Source of the DNA: Malacoraja senta
Lineage: Eukaryota
Length of the DNA stretch: 64,000 bases
Direction: 5' to 3'
Assembly: GCA_038087875.1 (NCBI GenBank)
Contig: CM075988.1
Coordinates: 15,564,001-15,628,000 of the forward strand
Position numbers and translations under genes: made by a program. Below, piece by piece: positions 38,286-53,670 of this stretch (the first letter of the stretch is position 1; each line of letters opens with the position of its first letter). A model generated the notes under the pieces. It saw nothing but the letters and a program-made list of their open reading frames with translations. It was not told where the DNA came from and did not search any database.

Positions 38286-41200
38286 TTGAGAAGTAGAAAG
38301 TGACTCAGTCAATCCATGTGTCAGGACAATGGGTCCTCTTGGAGCACAGAAAACAAGATGCATAAATATAACTAGGCTCAATCTATTAATTTTTTGCTGA
38401 GAGGAATATATTAAAATCATTGATTACAATTCCAGAGTGTGAAATGTAAAATACCTGCAATAAAACTTTGAATCATCTTTCAGCTAATAATGTTCCATGA
38501 TTTATTTCATATTCAGATTAGCTTATTGTAATACACAATGGGGTGCGACGAAAGTTCTTGTTTACATGAAGCCCACAAAGCAAACAGTATACCTACAGTA
38601 AAGATTCATACAGCATTAAATACCACGAGTGCAAAACATTAGAAAGGTGAAAGAATGTAGTGCAAAATCAGAACAGCACAAACTAATATTAAAATATAAG
38701 AAGGGAATGGGGTGTGAAGAGGAGGGGTTTTCAGGGGGACATACAGCAGTGGGAAAGAAGCTGGTGTTAATCTGGGATTTCTGAACTATCCAGTTCCTTT
38801 GAAAGGAATGTCCAGGGTGACAAGTGTCCTTGATGATACTTGCAGCCTTCCCGATGCAAAGCACAGGGAGATTGACTGGATGGAGGGAAGTTGTGTGACT
38901 GTGATGGACCAGGCTGTGATGGACCAGGCTGTAACTAGGCTGTGTTCAACCACTCTCTGCGGGGTCAGGTGGGCAAGAACAGAACAGTTGTCATATTCGG
39001 CTGAATCTTAGAAACATAGAAACATAGAAAATAGGTGCAGGAGGAGGCCATTCGGCCCTTCGAGCCAGCACCGCCATTCATTGTGATCATGGCTGATCGT
39101 CCCCAATCAATAACCCGTACCTGCCTTCTCCCCATATCCCTTGATTCCACTAGCTCCTAGAGCTCTATCTAACTCCCGCTTAAATCCACCCAGTGATGGA
39201 CCAGGCTGTCAGACTACTTTCTATAGCACATCTGCAGAAGTTAGAGGTAATCTTTGTGGACATTACAAATCCTCTCTGATGCCTAGGAATGTAAATACAC
39301 TGAAACGCTTTATTGATTACCTCATCGGTGTGAAGGGACCTGGCTAGGTTGCGTGTGATATGGATACCTAGAAAAATGAAGCTGTTGAATATTTCTGCAG
39401 CAACTCAATTACAGAGGTCATGGTTATGTTCACCATTCGCTTCCTTGGGTCTACAACCAACTCTTTCATCTTGCTAAAGTTAAGGGCCAGGTTAATGTCC
39501 TGACATGATAACATTAGGTTCTTGATCTTTTTGCTATACTTTGTCTCACTGTTATTGTAAGTCCAGCCAACAACAGTGATATTGGTGTTGTAGGTAGGCA
39601 CAAAAAGCTGGAGTTACTCAGTGGGTCAGGCAGCATTGCAGGAGAAATGTGACATTTCGGGTTGGGACCTTTTTTTAGAGGTCTGAAGAAGGGTCCCAAC
39701 CCTAAATGTCACCAATTCCTTTTCTCCTGTGATGCTGCCTGACCCGTTGAGTTCCTCCAGTTTTTTGTGTCTATCTTCGGTTTAAACCAGCATCTACAGT
39801 TCCTCCCTACACATATCGTTGTTGCACTTGACTACACAATCATGGGTGTACAAGATACAAGATACAAGATACATTTATTTGTCACATGTGCCAGTTGACA
39901 CAGTGAAATGTGTGGTCACCATACAGCCATACAATAAAAATAAAGAACACAACACACAAGGAGTAGAGCATGGCATTTAGCCCACAACCCTGAGGGCTCC
40001 AGTGTTGAGGGCCAGGGTGGAGGATATGTTATGTGATCAATTCTCATTGACTGAGGTCCACTGGTCAAGAAGTCCAGAAGCCAGTTGCAGATGGAGGCCC
40101 CAAGGCCAAGGTCTAGAGGTTTAAGGATGAGCTTATTCCGTCTTTTATGCCTTTTTCATAGCAATAATAATCCAATGCACTATATTAAATGTGACATCTA
40201 GTGTAGTAAAAACCTTGGTTGAATGTGCTCATGTGTAAGTCTACAAATGCTAAATCTCAGAGGATCCCACAGTTACAGACATGTGCAGATTCTTCCATTC
40301 AATGATCTAGTCCTCAATTGCATCTCTTGGCTTTTGACTCCAGGTACCAGATTTACAGCTTCAGACAATTATTGTGGGCACTGGATTAAAATAGTAATCT
40401 AATATTTGACGGCTTCAGTGAGATGGTTGTGAAATACCATATGACGTATCATCTCTTGGATTTAGAATCCAAGTACCAGCTTTATAGCTTTAGACAATTA
40501 TTTGGGGCACTGTATTAAAGTGGACACCTAATATTTGACTGCCTCAGTGAGAATGTCAAATACCCTATGAGATATCAAAAGACTAAGTATCAATGTAGAG
40601 GTGTTCAAATCTATTTCTGCTAAAAGAATAGTTCTCCTGGAGAGTAAATGTACTTATTCTGCTTGCTGTCCCCTCCTCCCAATACTTTATTATATTGTTA
40701 ACTGAGAAAAGCTATCACCATCTGCTTCAAATATGTATTAAACACTTTCTGTGCATTATCATAGTTTAATATTCTAATATATACAGCCTGCCATTCTCCT
40801 CTAGCACCTTTTGTAGTAACGATTCCCCGCTCACTTACTCTGTACTCAGTGCAATAGTTTTCCGATTTCCCAAACTCATTCAGTCTCACTTGCTGTAGCC
40901 TTGCCTTTACCCCAAATATGTGTGAGCCACCTGACATTGTACTAGCAGCCAGTGGCACAATTAGCAGAGCTACTGCCTTACCTGTAGCGGCAGGGGCCAC
41001 ATGCGTATGTGTAATGTTTGCACGTTCTCCCTGTAACCGCATGAGTTACCTCCAGGTGCTCCAATTTCCTCCCTATCCACAAAAGATGCAGGTTGGTAGG
41101 TTATTTGTTTACTGCAAGTTACCTCTTGTGTGTAGGTGAGTGGTAGAAACTGGGGAAGGTTGATGAGAAAATGGGTGAATTAAAAACATGAGATTAGGTA

Positions 41201-43409
41201 GGATTAGCGTACATTGATGAGCTTTTTAGTTTACTTTAGAGATACAGCGTGGAGTCAGCCCCGACGACCCACTGAGTCCACACCGACCAGCGATCCCCGC
41301 ACATTAACACTACCCTACACACACTGGGGACAATTTTACATTTATACATTTATACCAAGCCATTTAAACTATAAACTTGTATGTCTTTGGAATGTAGGTG
41401 GAAACCAAAAGGTCTCGGAGAAAACCCACACAGGTCACGGGGAGGTCGTACAAACTCCGTATGGGCAAGCACCCGGTGTCATGATCGAACCCGGGTTTCT
41501 GGCATTGTAAGGCAGTACCTCTACCGCTACGCCACCGTGCTGCCACCTGCAAGGATTCAGAGGGCTAAAGGGCTAGTTTCTGTGCTATCTGTCTCTGTGA
41601 CTATGATAAAGAAGAGGCTTCCAGTGATGATTTACCCTTGCACAGCTATTTCTACATATGCTACAAATGCTATGCCAAAAACACTGTGTCCTTAAGAATA
41701 AGGAATTGGCTTATGTGAACATACTCCTCTGGATAATTTTGATGGTCTTAGCAAATTTTCGACAGCTCAAATGAGGTAAAATAGAATCCTTCCTCTTAGG
41801 AGGGGGGTTGTTTGGCTCATCATGTGTAGGAAGGAACTGCAGATGCTGGTTTATGCAGAAGATAGACACAAAATGCTGGAGTAACTCAGTGGGTAAGACA
41901 GCATCTCTGGAGAAAACGAATAGTGACCTTTCGGGTCAGAACCCTTCTTCGGACTCATCATGTTTGTTTAAAGGAATTAATTACTCCATCCATATTCTTT
42001 CCCCAGGTCAATTTGTTTCCTCTCATCCAATTTACGTAGGGAATTAATGTCTACTTCCACCCTCTCTCAGGGTACATTCCAGATCATGGCTACTCATTGT
42101 GTAATGATCCCCACATCTCCCCTCTGCTTCCTTTGCCGACTACCTCAAATCCTCTGGGTGCTGTGTGGGAAGGAATTGCAGATGCCGGTTTAAACCGAAG
42201 ATAAGCACAAAATGCTGGGGTAACTCAACGGGACAGGCAGCATCTCTGGAGAGAAGGAATGGGTGATGTTTCAGGTCGATTTACTCCAGCATTTTGTGTC
42301 TGCCATTGGGTACTGCCTTCTTGCCAATGGAAACGTTTCCATTAAAAACACTTCGTAGTAAGTCCATAGAACAATCAAAATCTTATAGATGTTAAAATTG
42401 AAGCTGTACAATAACTGTATTGTTTCATATGCCGTTGGTTATCTTTTTGTACATTTGATTCTAACAAATTTATTTAAAAATAAATAAAAAATAAATAAAA
42501 ATTATAGATGCAATAAATCATGGCCTTTGGACTGAGTTGAGACTTGAATGGATTTTGCCCTCTCGTGATTGAGTTGGAGTCATATTTAAGGCAGCAGTTC
42601 AGAGTGACAGTGTTGTTGGAAGCTCCACGTTCTCGTGGCATTCAGGGAAAGTCCATGAGTCGAACACAAGTGTGCCAGTTTGTTATCAGCCATTGATAAG
42701 GTGCCCTTATATAGAGTGAGCGCGAGTTGGCTGACACACAGAACTTCAGGAGGAGCATATCTGAGACAGGTAAGAGGAGCCCTGAGGCTCACATTGCTCC
42801 AACCCAGGCAGCCTGCTTGCTTATCCTTCCAGCGACTATCTCTGTGGACCGCTGAGTGTTGAGGCAACTGGTCAAGGCAAAGCCGTGGGATTAAGAGTAT
42901 GGTTTTCTATTTTCAGTAATGTTACAGGTTATAATTGCAGCTTGGCAGGCTGCATTCAGCGAAGATATTTTCCCAGGCTGAAATCTTTAGGATCGGTGGT
43001 AGAGTTTCAGAATGAGGGATGGGCCATTTAGGACTGAGATAAGAAAGGATTTTGTCACTTAAAGGTTGGTAAGTCTTTGGAATTCTTTACCTTGGAGAAC
43101 TGTGGAAGCTCAGTCACTGAGTTCATTCAAAATAGGGATGGATAGATTTCTGGATGTTCAAAGTTTCGGGCCATATGAGGATAGTAAAATGATGCCTAGA
43201 AGGTGAGCCTTAATCTTAATGGCAGGGCATGCTCCAAGGGCTGGGCGGTCCACTCCTGCTCTGTTTTCTTGTGTTCTTTTTAATGGAGTTCGGAAGGAGA
43301 CAATTATGCACACCGTATTTTCAATGAGAATTTAAACCCTGGACTAACTGATCTTTATTTTTATGTAGGTTTTCTGCAAAGGGAGAGCAAACAGTTGGAG
43401 AACTCCGCT

Positions 43410-43458
43410 ATGTTTCCCAAGGCAATCCTCCTGCTTCTTGCCGCAGTCTTGGTCCAAG
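43410..43458 (+). CDS. APOA4: Apolipoprotein A-IV-like copy 3, signal-peptide exon
   Basis: MFPKAILLLLAAVLVQ(D). Confidence 0.88.
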
Positions 43459-44185
43459 GTATCAGCTTCAAATATTCCTCATTCCCTCTTTTCTTGCACT
43501 TTGACTGTGATTGGGATTTTGTTATCTTCAAGCATTCTTTCTTGAAGAAGTTCAGATCAGAATTCTTTCTTCAAGAATTAAGTTCAGATCAGACGTTTGG
43601 AGCCCCATGCATTGTCCTTTCTTCCACACATTAGTTTGCTGGGTGAAGCTTGCTTCCTCTCCATTCTGATTTTGTGTTAAGCCCAGTTTCCATATATTTA
43701 AAGACAAGGGATTTTACCCTTGAATCACGCAGCAGTATTTCCAGTAAAGAACACTGGTTCTCACCAGGATCTGGTGAAGTCTTGTAGCCCATCTGTCGTG
43801 TAATTTTAGTTTAGGTTAGTTTAGTGACGGGAACAGGGCCTTCGGCCCACTGAGTCCGCGCCGACCAGCGATCCCCGCACACTAACACTATCCTATACAA
43901 AGTAGGGACAATTTACAATTATACCAAGCCAGTTAACCTACAAACCTGTATATCTTTGGCATGTGGGAGAAAACCTGAGCACCTGAAGAAAGCCCATGCA
44001 GGTCATGGGGAGAACATACAAACTCCATGCAGACAGCACCCGTAGTCAGGATCGAATCCGGGCCTCTGGAGTTGTAAGGCAACAGCTCTACCACTACCCC
44101 ACCGTGCCGCACATATGAGGAGTGGATGCAGGGAAAGTTCCTCTCGTGTTCCCGTTCTGATTATCTCATTCTTTCTTCCTCACAG

Positions 44186-44312
44186 ACTGTCGGGCTGAGT
44201 ACAATAGAGATCAGGTTCGTGAAGTCTTCTGGAATTACATCAACCAATTGGCCGAGGAAGCCAGGGATAGTGTAGAACTGATTCAAAGCTCAGAAGTCAG
44301 CCAGCAACTCAA
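44186..44312 (+). CDS. APOA4: Apolipoprotein A-IV-like copy 3, exon 3
   Basis: CRAEYNRDQVREVFWNYINQLAEEARDSVELIQSSEVSQQL(N). Confidence 0.9.
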
Positions 44313-45522
44313 GTGAGTATTGGGGATTTGTTAGGGGCAATTGGAAAAGTTCAACCTCTTTACCCCAGGAAGAATTAAAGAGCCAGGAAAAAATTGTAAA
44401 CAGTAACTTTGTAACATTGTGAGAAGTTCTTTCTATTTTCCAGATTATGAACCTCACCAACATTATTGTCCATCCCTAATTGTTGATAGGCTAATTTAAG
44501 AAGTCAGTGAGATCTCAACTATGGACCAACAAGGACATTAGTGAAGCAGCTGGGTCTTTATGACAATCCACTCACCAGTAACAACACTTATATTTTTAAT
44601 ACCAAATTTATTTAACCACTAAAATTTAAATGCTTTTCAGTGCGAAATGAATTCAGAAGCTCAGTCTTCATGGATTTGTTAGACCAGCAGCCTAACAACT
44701 GTGCCATATTATTAAGCAATGTTAATGAAGGGGTTTGTTAATGAACAGGAATGAGATAAAAGAATAAAAGAAGGGGCGTATCCCATTGGGGATGGTAGAA
44801 CAGATAAGAAGGGTCTTGTCCCAAAACCTCACCCATTCCTTCAATCCAGAGACGCTGCCTGTCCCGCTGAGTTACTTCAGCATTTTGTGTCTATCTCAGG
44901 TAAACAAAACCTGCTTCTACAAAAGAACTGATCAATCTCTATCTCTGTGGGTGGAAAGTGCAGGTACAAATAGGGGAATGAAATGAATAGGTTCAGCTGG
45001 AAATATTAATACAGATACAGTTGTAGGAATGGCATTTGTGAATGCAGGCACTGGCGCAGGTTAATTCATTTACTTTGAATTGCTAGTTTAGTTTCTAAAC
45101 CCTAAGAGTATATAATCTTTGCAGTGTTAATCATCCCCTCAGTAATCTCTCTAAAACGTTATTACATTACTACTTGTAGAGTTTTACCAATCAATGTGAA
45201 TGCCTTTCCACAATCAGATAACATAAAGCACAGAAGACCATTCAACTCATTGTGCTTGACTACACTCTTTATTTTCCTCTCAAATTGTACCAATTACGAA
45301 AGGACAGAATAAATGAAAGACTTTGGGAGAATCCTAACCTCTCTTCCCAATAAACATGCTGAGTTAACCTGAAAAGATTTCCTGATCCAAATGTCCTTTC
45401 GTTCCCTGAGCTCTGCTTCCCTCTGTAAAACATCTGTTTCAGTCACAGACTTACGCTGAGCTCTGTCTTAATGTATCTCTTCTCTGTAACAAGTTTAACA
45501 AACAATTGTCTCTCTTTTGCAG

Positions 45523-46432
45523 TCATCTTATCGAGGAGAATCTGCAGAACGTCAATAACTATGCTGAGGATCTCCGACAGAAGTTGACTCCTTTAACAGA
45601 TGGTCTTCGTGAGAAGACGACAGTAGACATTGACAGCCTTCACCAGCAGATAAAAGAACAGCTGGAAGACCTGAAAGACAAACTTTCTCCCTTTGCTGAT
45701 GGAGTCCATCAGAAGATTAGCAATAACATTGAAAAATTTCATCAGAGGTTGGCACCTTACACTGAAGAACTTAGCCAACAGCTGAAGAAGAATGCGGAGG
45801 AACTTAGGCAGAGGTTGACTCCCTTCACTGAAGAGCTTCAGGCCAAACTGGAAGTGAGCGCAGAGAACCTGAGGGAAGTCCTGACTCCCTACGCTGAAGA
45901 GCTCCAGATGAAGATCGATGCAAATATGGACAACATCAAGCAGAATGTGGCTGCCAAAGCTGAAGAATTTCGCTCCAGGTTTGATGAGAATGTCCAGGAG
46001 CTGCGCAGTAGCTTGGCTCCCTACACCGAAGATGTCCAGCTGAAGATGAACCAACAGATTGCAGAAATGACCCGGAGGGTGGTGCCTTTTGCCGAGATGC
46101 TCCAGACAAAGGTCAACGAGCACGTGGAAGATCTGAACCAAAAGCTGAACCCTTACATCGCCGAACTGAAAGTAAAACTTAACGAGACCGTGGGAAGCAT
46201 GGACCAGAACCTGGCCCCATACATCGAAAATCTCAACACCAACATCAACCAGAGAATCGAGGAGTTCCATCAGAATGTGGCCCCCTACACTGAGCAGCTG
46301 AACAAGATCATCAGTCAGAATGTGAGGGAGATGCAAGAGGGACTTGCCCTGAATGGAGGCAACGTTCTGCAGGATCTTCAGAACAAGCTCACAACTGTAT
46401 TTGACGACTTCTGGCAGAATCTGAAGACCTAA
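45523..46432 (+). CDS. APOA4: Apolipoprotein A-IV-like copy 3, exon 4
   Basis: Intact 910-nt exon ending FWQNLKT*. Confidence 0.92.
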
Positions 46433-49400
46433 TTGAGAAGTAGACAGTGACTCACTCAATCCATGTGTCAGGACAATGGGTCTTCTTGGAGCACAGAAAA
46501 CAAGATGCATAAATATAACTAGGCTCAATCTATTTATTTTTTTGCTGAGAGGAATATATTAAAATCATTGATTACAATTCCAGAGTGTGAAATGTAAAAT
46601 ACCTGCAATAAAACTTTGAATCATCTTTCAGCTAATAATGTTCCATGATTTATTTCATATTCAGATTAGCTTATTGTAATACACAATGGGGTGCGACGAA
46701 AGTTCTTGTTTACATGAAGCCCACAAAGCAAACAGTATACCTACAGTAAAGATTCATACAGCATTAAATACCACAAGTGCAAAACATTAGAAAGGTGAAA
46801 GAATGTAGTGCAAAATCAGAATAGCACAAAATAATATTAAAATATAAGAAGGGAATGGGGTGTGAAGAGGAGGTTTTTTTCAGGGGGACGTGCAGCAGTG
46901 GGAAAGAAGCTGGTGTTAATCTGGGATTTCTGAACTATCCAGTTCCTTTGAAAGGAATGTCCAGGGTGACAAGTGTCCTTGATGATACTTGCAGCCTTCC
47001 CGATGCAAAGCACAGGGAGATTGACTGGATGGAGGGAAGTTGTGTGACTGTGATGGACCAGGCTGTGATGGACCAGGCTGTAACTAGGCTGTGTTCAACC
47101 ACTCTCTGCGGGGTCAGGTGGGCAAGAACAGAACAGTTGTCATATTCGGCTGAATCTTAGAAACATAGAAACATAGAAAATAGGTGCAGGAGGAGGCCAT
47201 TCGGCCCTTCGAGCCAGCACCGCCATTCATTGTGATCATGGCTGATCGTCCCCAATCAATAACCCGTACCTGCCTTCTCCCCATATCCCTTGATTCCACT
47301 AGCTCCTAGAGCTCTATCTAACTCCCGCTTAAATCCACCCAGTGATGGACCGGGCTGTCAGACTACTTTCTATAGCACATCTGCAGAAGTTAGAGGTAAT
47401 CTTTGTGGATATTACAAATCCTCTCTGATGCCTAGGAATGTAAATACACTGAAACGCTTTATTGATTACCTCATCGGTGTGAAGGGACCTGGCTAGGTTG
47501 CGTGTGATATGGATACCTAGAAAAATGAAGCTGTTGAATATTTCTGCAGCAACTCAATTACAGAGGTCATGGTTATGTTCACCATTCGCTTCCTTGGGTC
47601 TACAACCAACTCTTTCATCTTGCTAACGTTAAGGGCCAGGTTATTGTCCTGACATGATAACATTAGGTTCTTGATCTTTTTGCTATACTTTGTCTCACTG
47701 TTATTGTAAGTCCAGCCAACAACAGTGATATTGGTGTTGTAGGTAGGCACAAAAAGCTGGAGTTACTCAGTGGGTCAGGCAGCATTGCAGGAGAAATGTG
47801 ACATTTCGGGTTGGGACCTTTTTTTAGAGGTCTGAAGAAGGGTCCCAACCCTAAATGTCACCAATTCCTTTTCTCCTGTGATGCTGCCTGACCCGTTGAG
47901 TTACTCCAGTTTTTTGTGTCTATCTTCGGTTTAAACCAGCATCTACAGTTCCTCCCTACACATATCGTTGTTGCACTTGACTACACAATCATGGGTGTAC
48001 AAGATACAAGATACAAGATACATTTATTTGTCACATGTGCCAGTTGGCACAGTGAAATGTGTGGTCACCATACAGCCATACAATAAAAATAAAGAACACA
48101 ACACACAAGGAGTAGAGCATGGCATTTAGCCCACAACCCTGAGGGCTCCAGTGTTGAGGGCCAGGGTGGAGGATATGTTATGCGATCAATTCTCATTGAC
48201 TGAGGTCCACTGGTCAAGAAGTCTAGAAGCCAGTTGCAGATGGAGGCCCCAAGGCCAAGGTCTAGAGGTTTAAGGATGAGCTTATTCCGTCTTTTATGCC
48301 TTTTTCATAGCAATAATAATCCAATGCATTATATTAAATGTGACATCTAGTGTAGTAAAAACCTTGGTTGAATGTGCTCATGTGTAAGTCTACAAATGCT
48401 AAATCTCAGAGGATCCCACAGTTACAGAGATGTGCAGATTCTTCCATTCAATGATCTAGTCCTCAATTGCATCTCTTGGCTTTGGCTCCAGGTACCAGAT
48501 TTACAGCTTTAGACAATTATTGTGGGCACTGGATTAAAATAGTAATCCAATATTTGACGGCTTCAGTGAGAAGGATGTGAAATACCCTATGACGTATCAT
48601 CTCTTGGATTTAGAATCCAAGTACCAGCTTTATAGCTTTAGACAATTATTTGGGGCACTGTATTAAAGTGGACACCTAATATTTGACTGCCTCAGTGAGG
48701 ATGTCAAATACCCTATGAGATATCAAAAGACTAAGTATCAATGTAGAGGTGTTCAAATCTATTTCTGCTAAAAGAATAGTTCTCCTGGAGAGTAAATGTA
48801 CTTATTCTGCTTGCTGTCCCCTCCTCCCAATACTTTATTATATTGTTAACTGAGAAAAGCTATCACCATCTGCTTCAAATATGTATTAAACACTTCCTGT
48901 GCGTTATCATAGTTTAATATTCTAATATATACAGCCTGCCATTCTCCTCTAGCACCTTTTGTAGTAACGATTCCCCGCTCACTTACTCTGTACTCAGTGC
49001 AATAGTTTTCCGATTTCCCAAACTCATTCAGTCTCACTTGCTGTAGCCTTGCCTTTACCCCAAATATGTGTGAGCCACCTGACATTGTACTAGCAGCAAG
49101 TGGCACAATTAGCAGAGCTACTGCCTTACCTGTAGCGGCAGGGGCCACATGCGTATGTGTAAAGTTTGCACGTTCTCCCTGTAACCGCATGAGTTACCTC
49201 CAGGTGCTCCAATTTCCTCCCTATCCCCAAAAGATGCAGGTTGGTAGGTTATTTGTCTACTGCAAGTTACCTCTTGTGTGTAGGTGAGTGGTAGAAACTG
49301 GGGAAGGTTGATGAGAAAATGGGTGAATTAAAAACATGAGATTAGGTAGGATTAGCGTACATTGATGAGCTTTTTAGTTTACTTTAGAGATACAGCGTGG

Positions 49401-51557
49401 AAACAGCCCCGACGACCCACTGAGTCCACACCGACCAGCGATCCCTGCACATTAACACTACCCTACACACACTGGGGACAATTTTACATTTATACATTTA
49501 TACCAAGCCATTTAAACTATAAACCTGTATGTCTTTGGAATGTAGGTGGAAACCAAAAGGTCTCGGAGAAAACCCACACAGGTCACGGGGAGGTCGTACA
49601 AACTCCGTATGGGCAAGCACCCGGTGTCATGATCGAACCCGGGTTTCTGGCATTGTAAGGCAGTACCTCTACCGCTACGCCACCGTGCTGCCACCTGCAA
49701 GGATTCAGAGGGCTAAAGGGCTAGTTTCTGTGCTATCTGTCTCTGTGACTATGATAAAGAAGAGGCTTCCAGTGATGATTTACCCTTGCACAGCTATTTC
49801 TACATATGCTACAAATGCTATGCCAAAAACACTGTGTCCTTAAGAATAAGGAATTGGCTTATGTGAACATACTCCTCTGGATAATTTTGATGGTCTTAGC
49901 AAATTTTCGACAGCTCAAATGAGGTAAAATAGAATCCTTCCTCTTAGGAGGGGGGTTGTTTGGCTCATCATGTGTAGGAAGGAACTGCAGATGCTGGTTT
50001 ATGCAGAAGATAGACACAAAATGCTGGAGTAATTCAGTGGGTAAGACAGCATCTCTGGAGAAAACGAATAGTGACCTTTCGGGTCAGAACCCTTCTTCGG
50101 ACTCATCATGTTTGTTTAAAGGAATTAATTACTCCATCCATATTCTTTCCCCAGGTCAATTTGATTCCTCTCATCCAATTTACGTAGGGAATTAATGTCT
50201 ACTTCCACCCTCTCTCAGGGTACATTCCAGATCATGGCTACTCATTGTGTAATGATCCCCACATCTCCCCTCTGCTTCCTTTGCCGACTACCTCAAATCC
50301 TCTGGGTGCTGTGTGGGAAGTAATTGCAGATGCCGGTTTAAACCGAAGATAAGCACAAAATGCTGGGGTAACTCAACGGGACAGGCAGCATCTCTGGAGA
50401 GAAGGAATGGGTGATGTTTCAGGTCGATTTACTCCAGCATTTTGTGTCTGCCATTGGGTACTGCCTTCTTGCCAATGGAAACGTTTCCATTAAAAACACT
50501 TCGTAGTAAGTCCATAGAACAATCAAAATCTTATAGATGTTAAAATTGAAGCTGTACAATAACTGTATTGTTTCATATGCCGTTGGTTATCTTTTTGTAC
50601 ATTTGATTCTAACAAATTTATTTAAAAATAAATAAAAAATAAATAAAAATTATAGATGCAATAAATCATGGCCTTTGGACTGAGTTGAGACTTGAATGGA
50701 TTTTGCCCTCTCGTGATTGAGTTGGAGTCATATTTAAGGCAGCAGTTCAGAGTGACAGTGTTGTTGGAAGCTCCACGTTCTCGTGGCATTCAGGGAAAGT
50801 CCATGAGTCGAACACAAGTGTGCCAGTTTGTTATCAGCCATTGATAAGGTGCCCTTATATAGAGTGAGCGCGAGTTGGCTGACACACAGAACTTCAGGAG
50901 GAGCATATCTGAGACAGGTAAGAGGAGCCCTGAGGCTCACATTGCTCCAACCCAGGCAGCCTGCTTGCTTATCCTTCCAGCGACTATCTCTGTGGACCGC
51001 TGAGTGTTGAGGCAACTGGTCAAGGCAAAGCCGTGGGATTAAGAGTATGGTTTTCTATTTTCAGTAATGTTACAGGTTATAATTGCAGCTTGGCAGGCTG
51101 CATTCAGCGAAGATATTTTCCCAGGCTGAAATCTTTAGGATCGGTGGTAGAGTTTCAGAATGAGGGATGGGCCATTTAGGACTGAGATAAGAAAGGATTT
51201 TGTCACTTAAAGGTTGGTAAGTCTTTGGAATTCTTTACCTTGGAGAACTGTGGAAGCTCAGTCACTGAGTTCATTCAAAATAGGGATGGATAGATTTCTG
51301 GATGTTCAAAGTTTCGGGCCATATGAGGATAGTAAAATGATGCCTAGAAGGTGAGCCTTAATCTTAATGGCAGGGCATGCTCCAAGGGCTGGGCGGTCCA
51401 CTCCTGCTCTGTTTTCTTGTGTTCTTTTTAATGGAGTTCGGAAGGAGACAATTATGCACACCGTATTTTCAATGAGAATTTAAACCCTGGACTAACTGAT
51501 CTTTATTTTTATGTAGGTTTTCTGCAAAGGGAGAGCAAACAGTTGGAGAACTCCGCT

Positions 51558-51606
51558 ATGTTTCCCAAGGCAATCCTCCTGCTTCTTGCCGCAGTCTTGG
51601 TCCAAG
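51558..51606 (+). CDS. APOA4: Apolipoprotein A-IV-like copy 4, signal-peptide exon
   Basis: Same as copy 3 at +8148. Confidence 0.88.
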
Positions 51607-52333
51607 GTATCAGCTTCAAATATTCCTCATTCCCTCTTTTCTTGCACTTTGACTGTGATTGGGATTTTGTTATCTTCAAGCATTCTTTCTTGAAGAAGTT
51701 CAGATCAGAATTCTTTCTTCAAGAATTAAGTTCAGATCAGACGTTTGGAGCCCCATGCATTGTCCTTTCTTCCACACATTAGTTTGCTGGGTGAAGCTTG
51801 CTTCCTCTCCATTCTGATTTTGTGTTAAGCCCAGTTTCCATATATTTAAAGACAAGGGATTTTACCCTTGAATCACGCAGCAGTATTTCCAGTAAAGAAC
51901 ACTGGTTCTCACCAGGATCTGGTGAAGTCTTGTAGCCCATCTGTCGTGTAATTTTAGTTTAGGTTAGTTTAGTGACGGGAACAGGGCCTTCGGCCCACTG
52001 AGTCCGCGCCGACCAGCGATCCCCGCACACTAACACTATCCTATACAAAGTAGGGACAATTTACAATTATACCAAGCCAGTTAACCTACAAACCTGTATA
52101 TCTTTGGCATGTGGGAGAAAACCTGAGCACCTGAAGAAAGCCCATGCAGGTCATGGGGAGAACATACAAACTCCATGCAGACAGCACCCGTAGTCAGGAT
52201 CGAATCCGGGCCTCTGGAGTTGTAAGGCAACAGCTCTACCACTACCCCACCGTGCCGCACATATGAGGAGTGGATGCAGGGAAAGTTCCTCTCGTGTTCC
52301 CGTTCTGATTATCTCATTCTTTCTTCCTCACAG

Positions 52334-52460
52334 ACTGTCGGGCTGAGTACAATAGAGATCAGGTTCGTGAAGTCTTCTGGAATTACATCAACCAATTGGC
52401 CGAGGAAGCCAGGGATAGTGTAGAACTGATTCAAAGCTCAGAAGTCAGCCAGCAACTCAA
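52334..52460 (+). CDS. APOA4: Apolipoprotein A-IV-like copy 4, exon 3
   Basis: Same as copy 3 at +8148. Confidence 0.9.
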
Positions 52461-53670
52461 GTGAGTATTGGGGATTTGTTAGGGGCAATTGGAAAAGTTC
52501 AACCTCTTTACCCCAGGAAGAATTAAAGAGCCAGGAAAAAATTGTAAACAGTAACTTTGTAACATTGTGAGAAGTTCTTTCTATTTTCCAGATTATGAAC
52601 CTCACCAACATTATTGTCCATCCCTAATTGTTGATAGGCTAATTTAAGAAGTCAGTGAGATCTCAACTATGGACCAACAAGGACATTAGTGAAGCAGCTG
52701 GGTCTTTATGACAATCCACTCACCAGTAACAACACTTATATTTTTAATACCAAATTTATTTAACCACTAAAATTTAAATGCTTTTCAGTGCGAAATGAAT
52801 TCAGAAGCTCAGTCTTCATGGATTTGTTAGACCAGCAGCCTAACAACTGTGCCATATTATTAAGCAATGTTAATGAAGGGGTTTGTTAATGAACAGGAAT
52901 GTGATAAAAGAATAAAAGAAGGGGCGTATCCCATTGGGGATGGTAGAACAGATAAGAAGGGTCTTGTCCCAAAACCTCACCCATTCCTTCAATCCAGAGA
53001 CGCTGCCTGTCCCGCTGAGTTACTTCAGCATTTTGTGTCTATCTCAGGTAAACAAAACCTGCTTCTACAAAAGAACTGATCAATCTCTATCTCTGTGGGT
53101 GGAAAGTGCAGGTACAAATAGGGGAATGAAATGAATAGGTTCAGCTGGAAATATTAATACAGATACAGTTGTAGGAATGGCATTTGTGAATGCAGGCACT
53201 GGCGCAGGTTAATTCATTTACTTTGAATTGCTAGTTTAGTTTCTAAACCCTAAGAGTATATAATCTTTGCAGTGTTAATCATCCCCTCAGTAATCTCTCT
53301 AAAACGTTATTACCTTACTACTTGTAGAGTTTTACCAATCAATGTGAATGCCTTTCCACAATCAGATAACATAAAGCACAGAAGACCATTCAACTCATTG
53401 TGCTTGACTACACTCTTTATTTTCCTCTCAAATTGTACCAATTACGAAAGGACAGAATAAATGAAAGACTTTGGGAGAATCCTAACCTCTCTTCCCAATA
53501 AACATGCTGAGTTAACCTGAAAAGATTTCCTGATCCAAATGTCCTTTCGTTCCCTGAGCTCTGCTTCCCTCTGTAAAACATCTGTTTCAGTCACAGACTT
53601 ACGCTGAGCTCTGTCTTAATGTATCTCTTCTCTGTAACAAGTTTAACAAACAATTGTCTCTCTTTTGCAG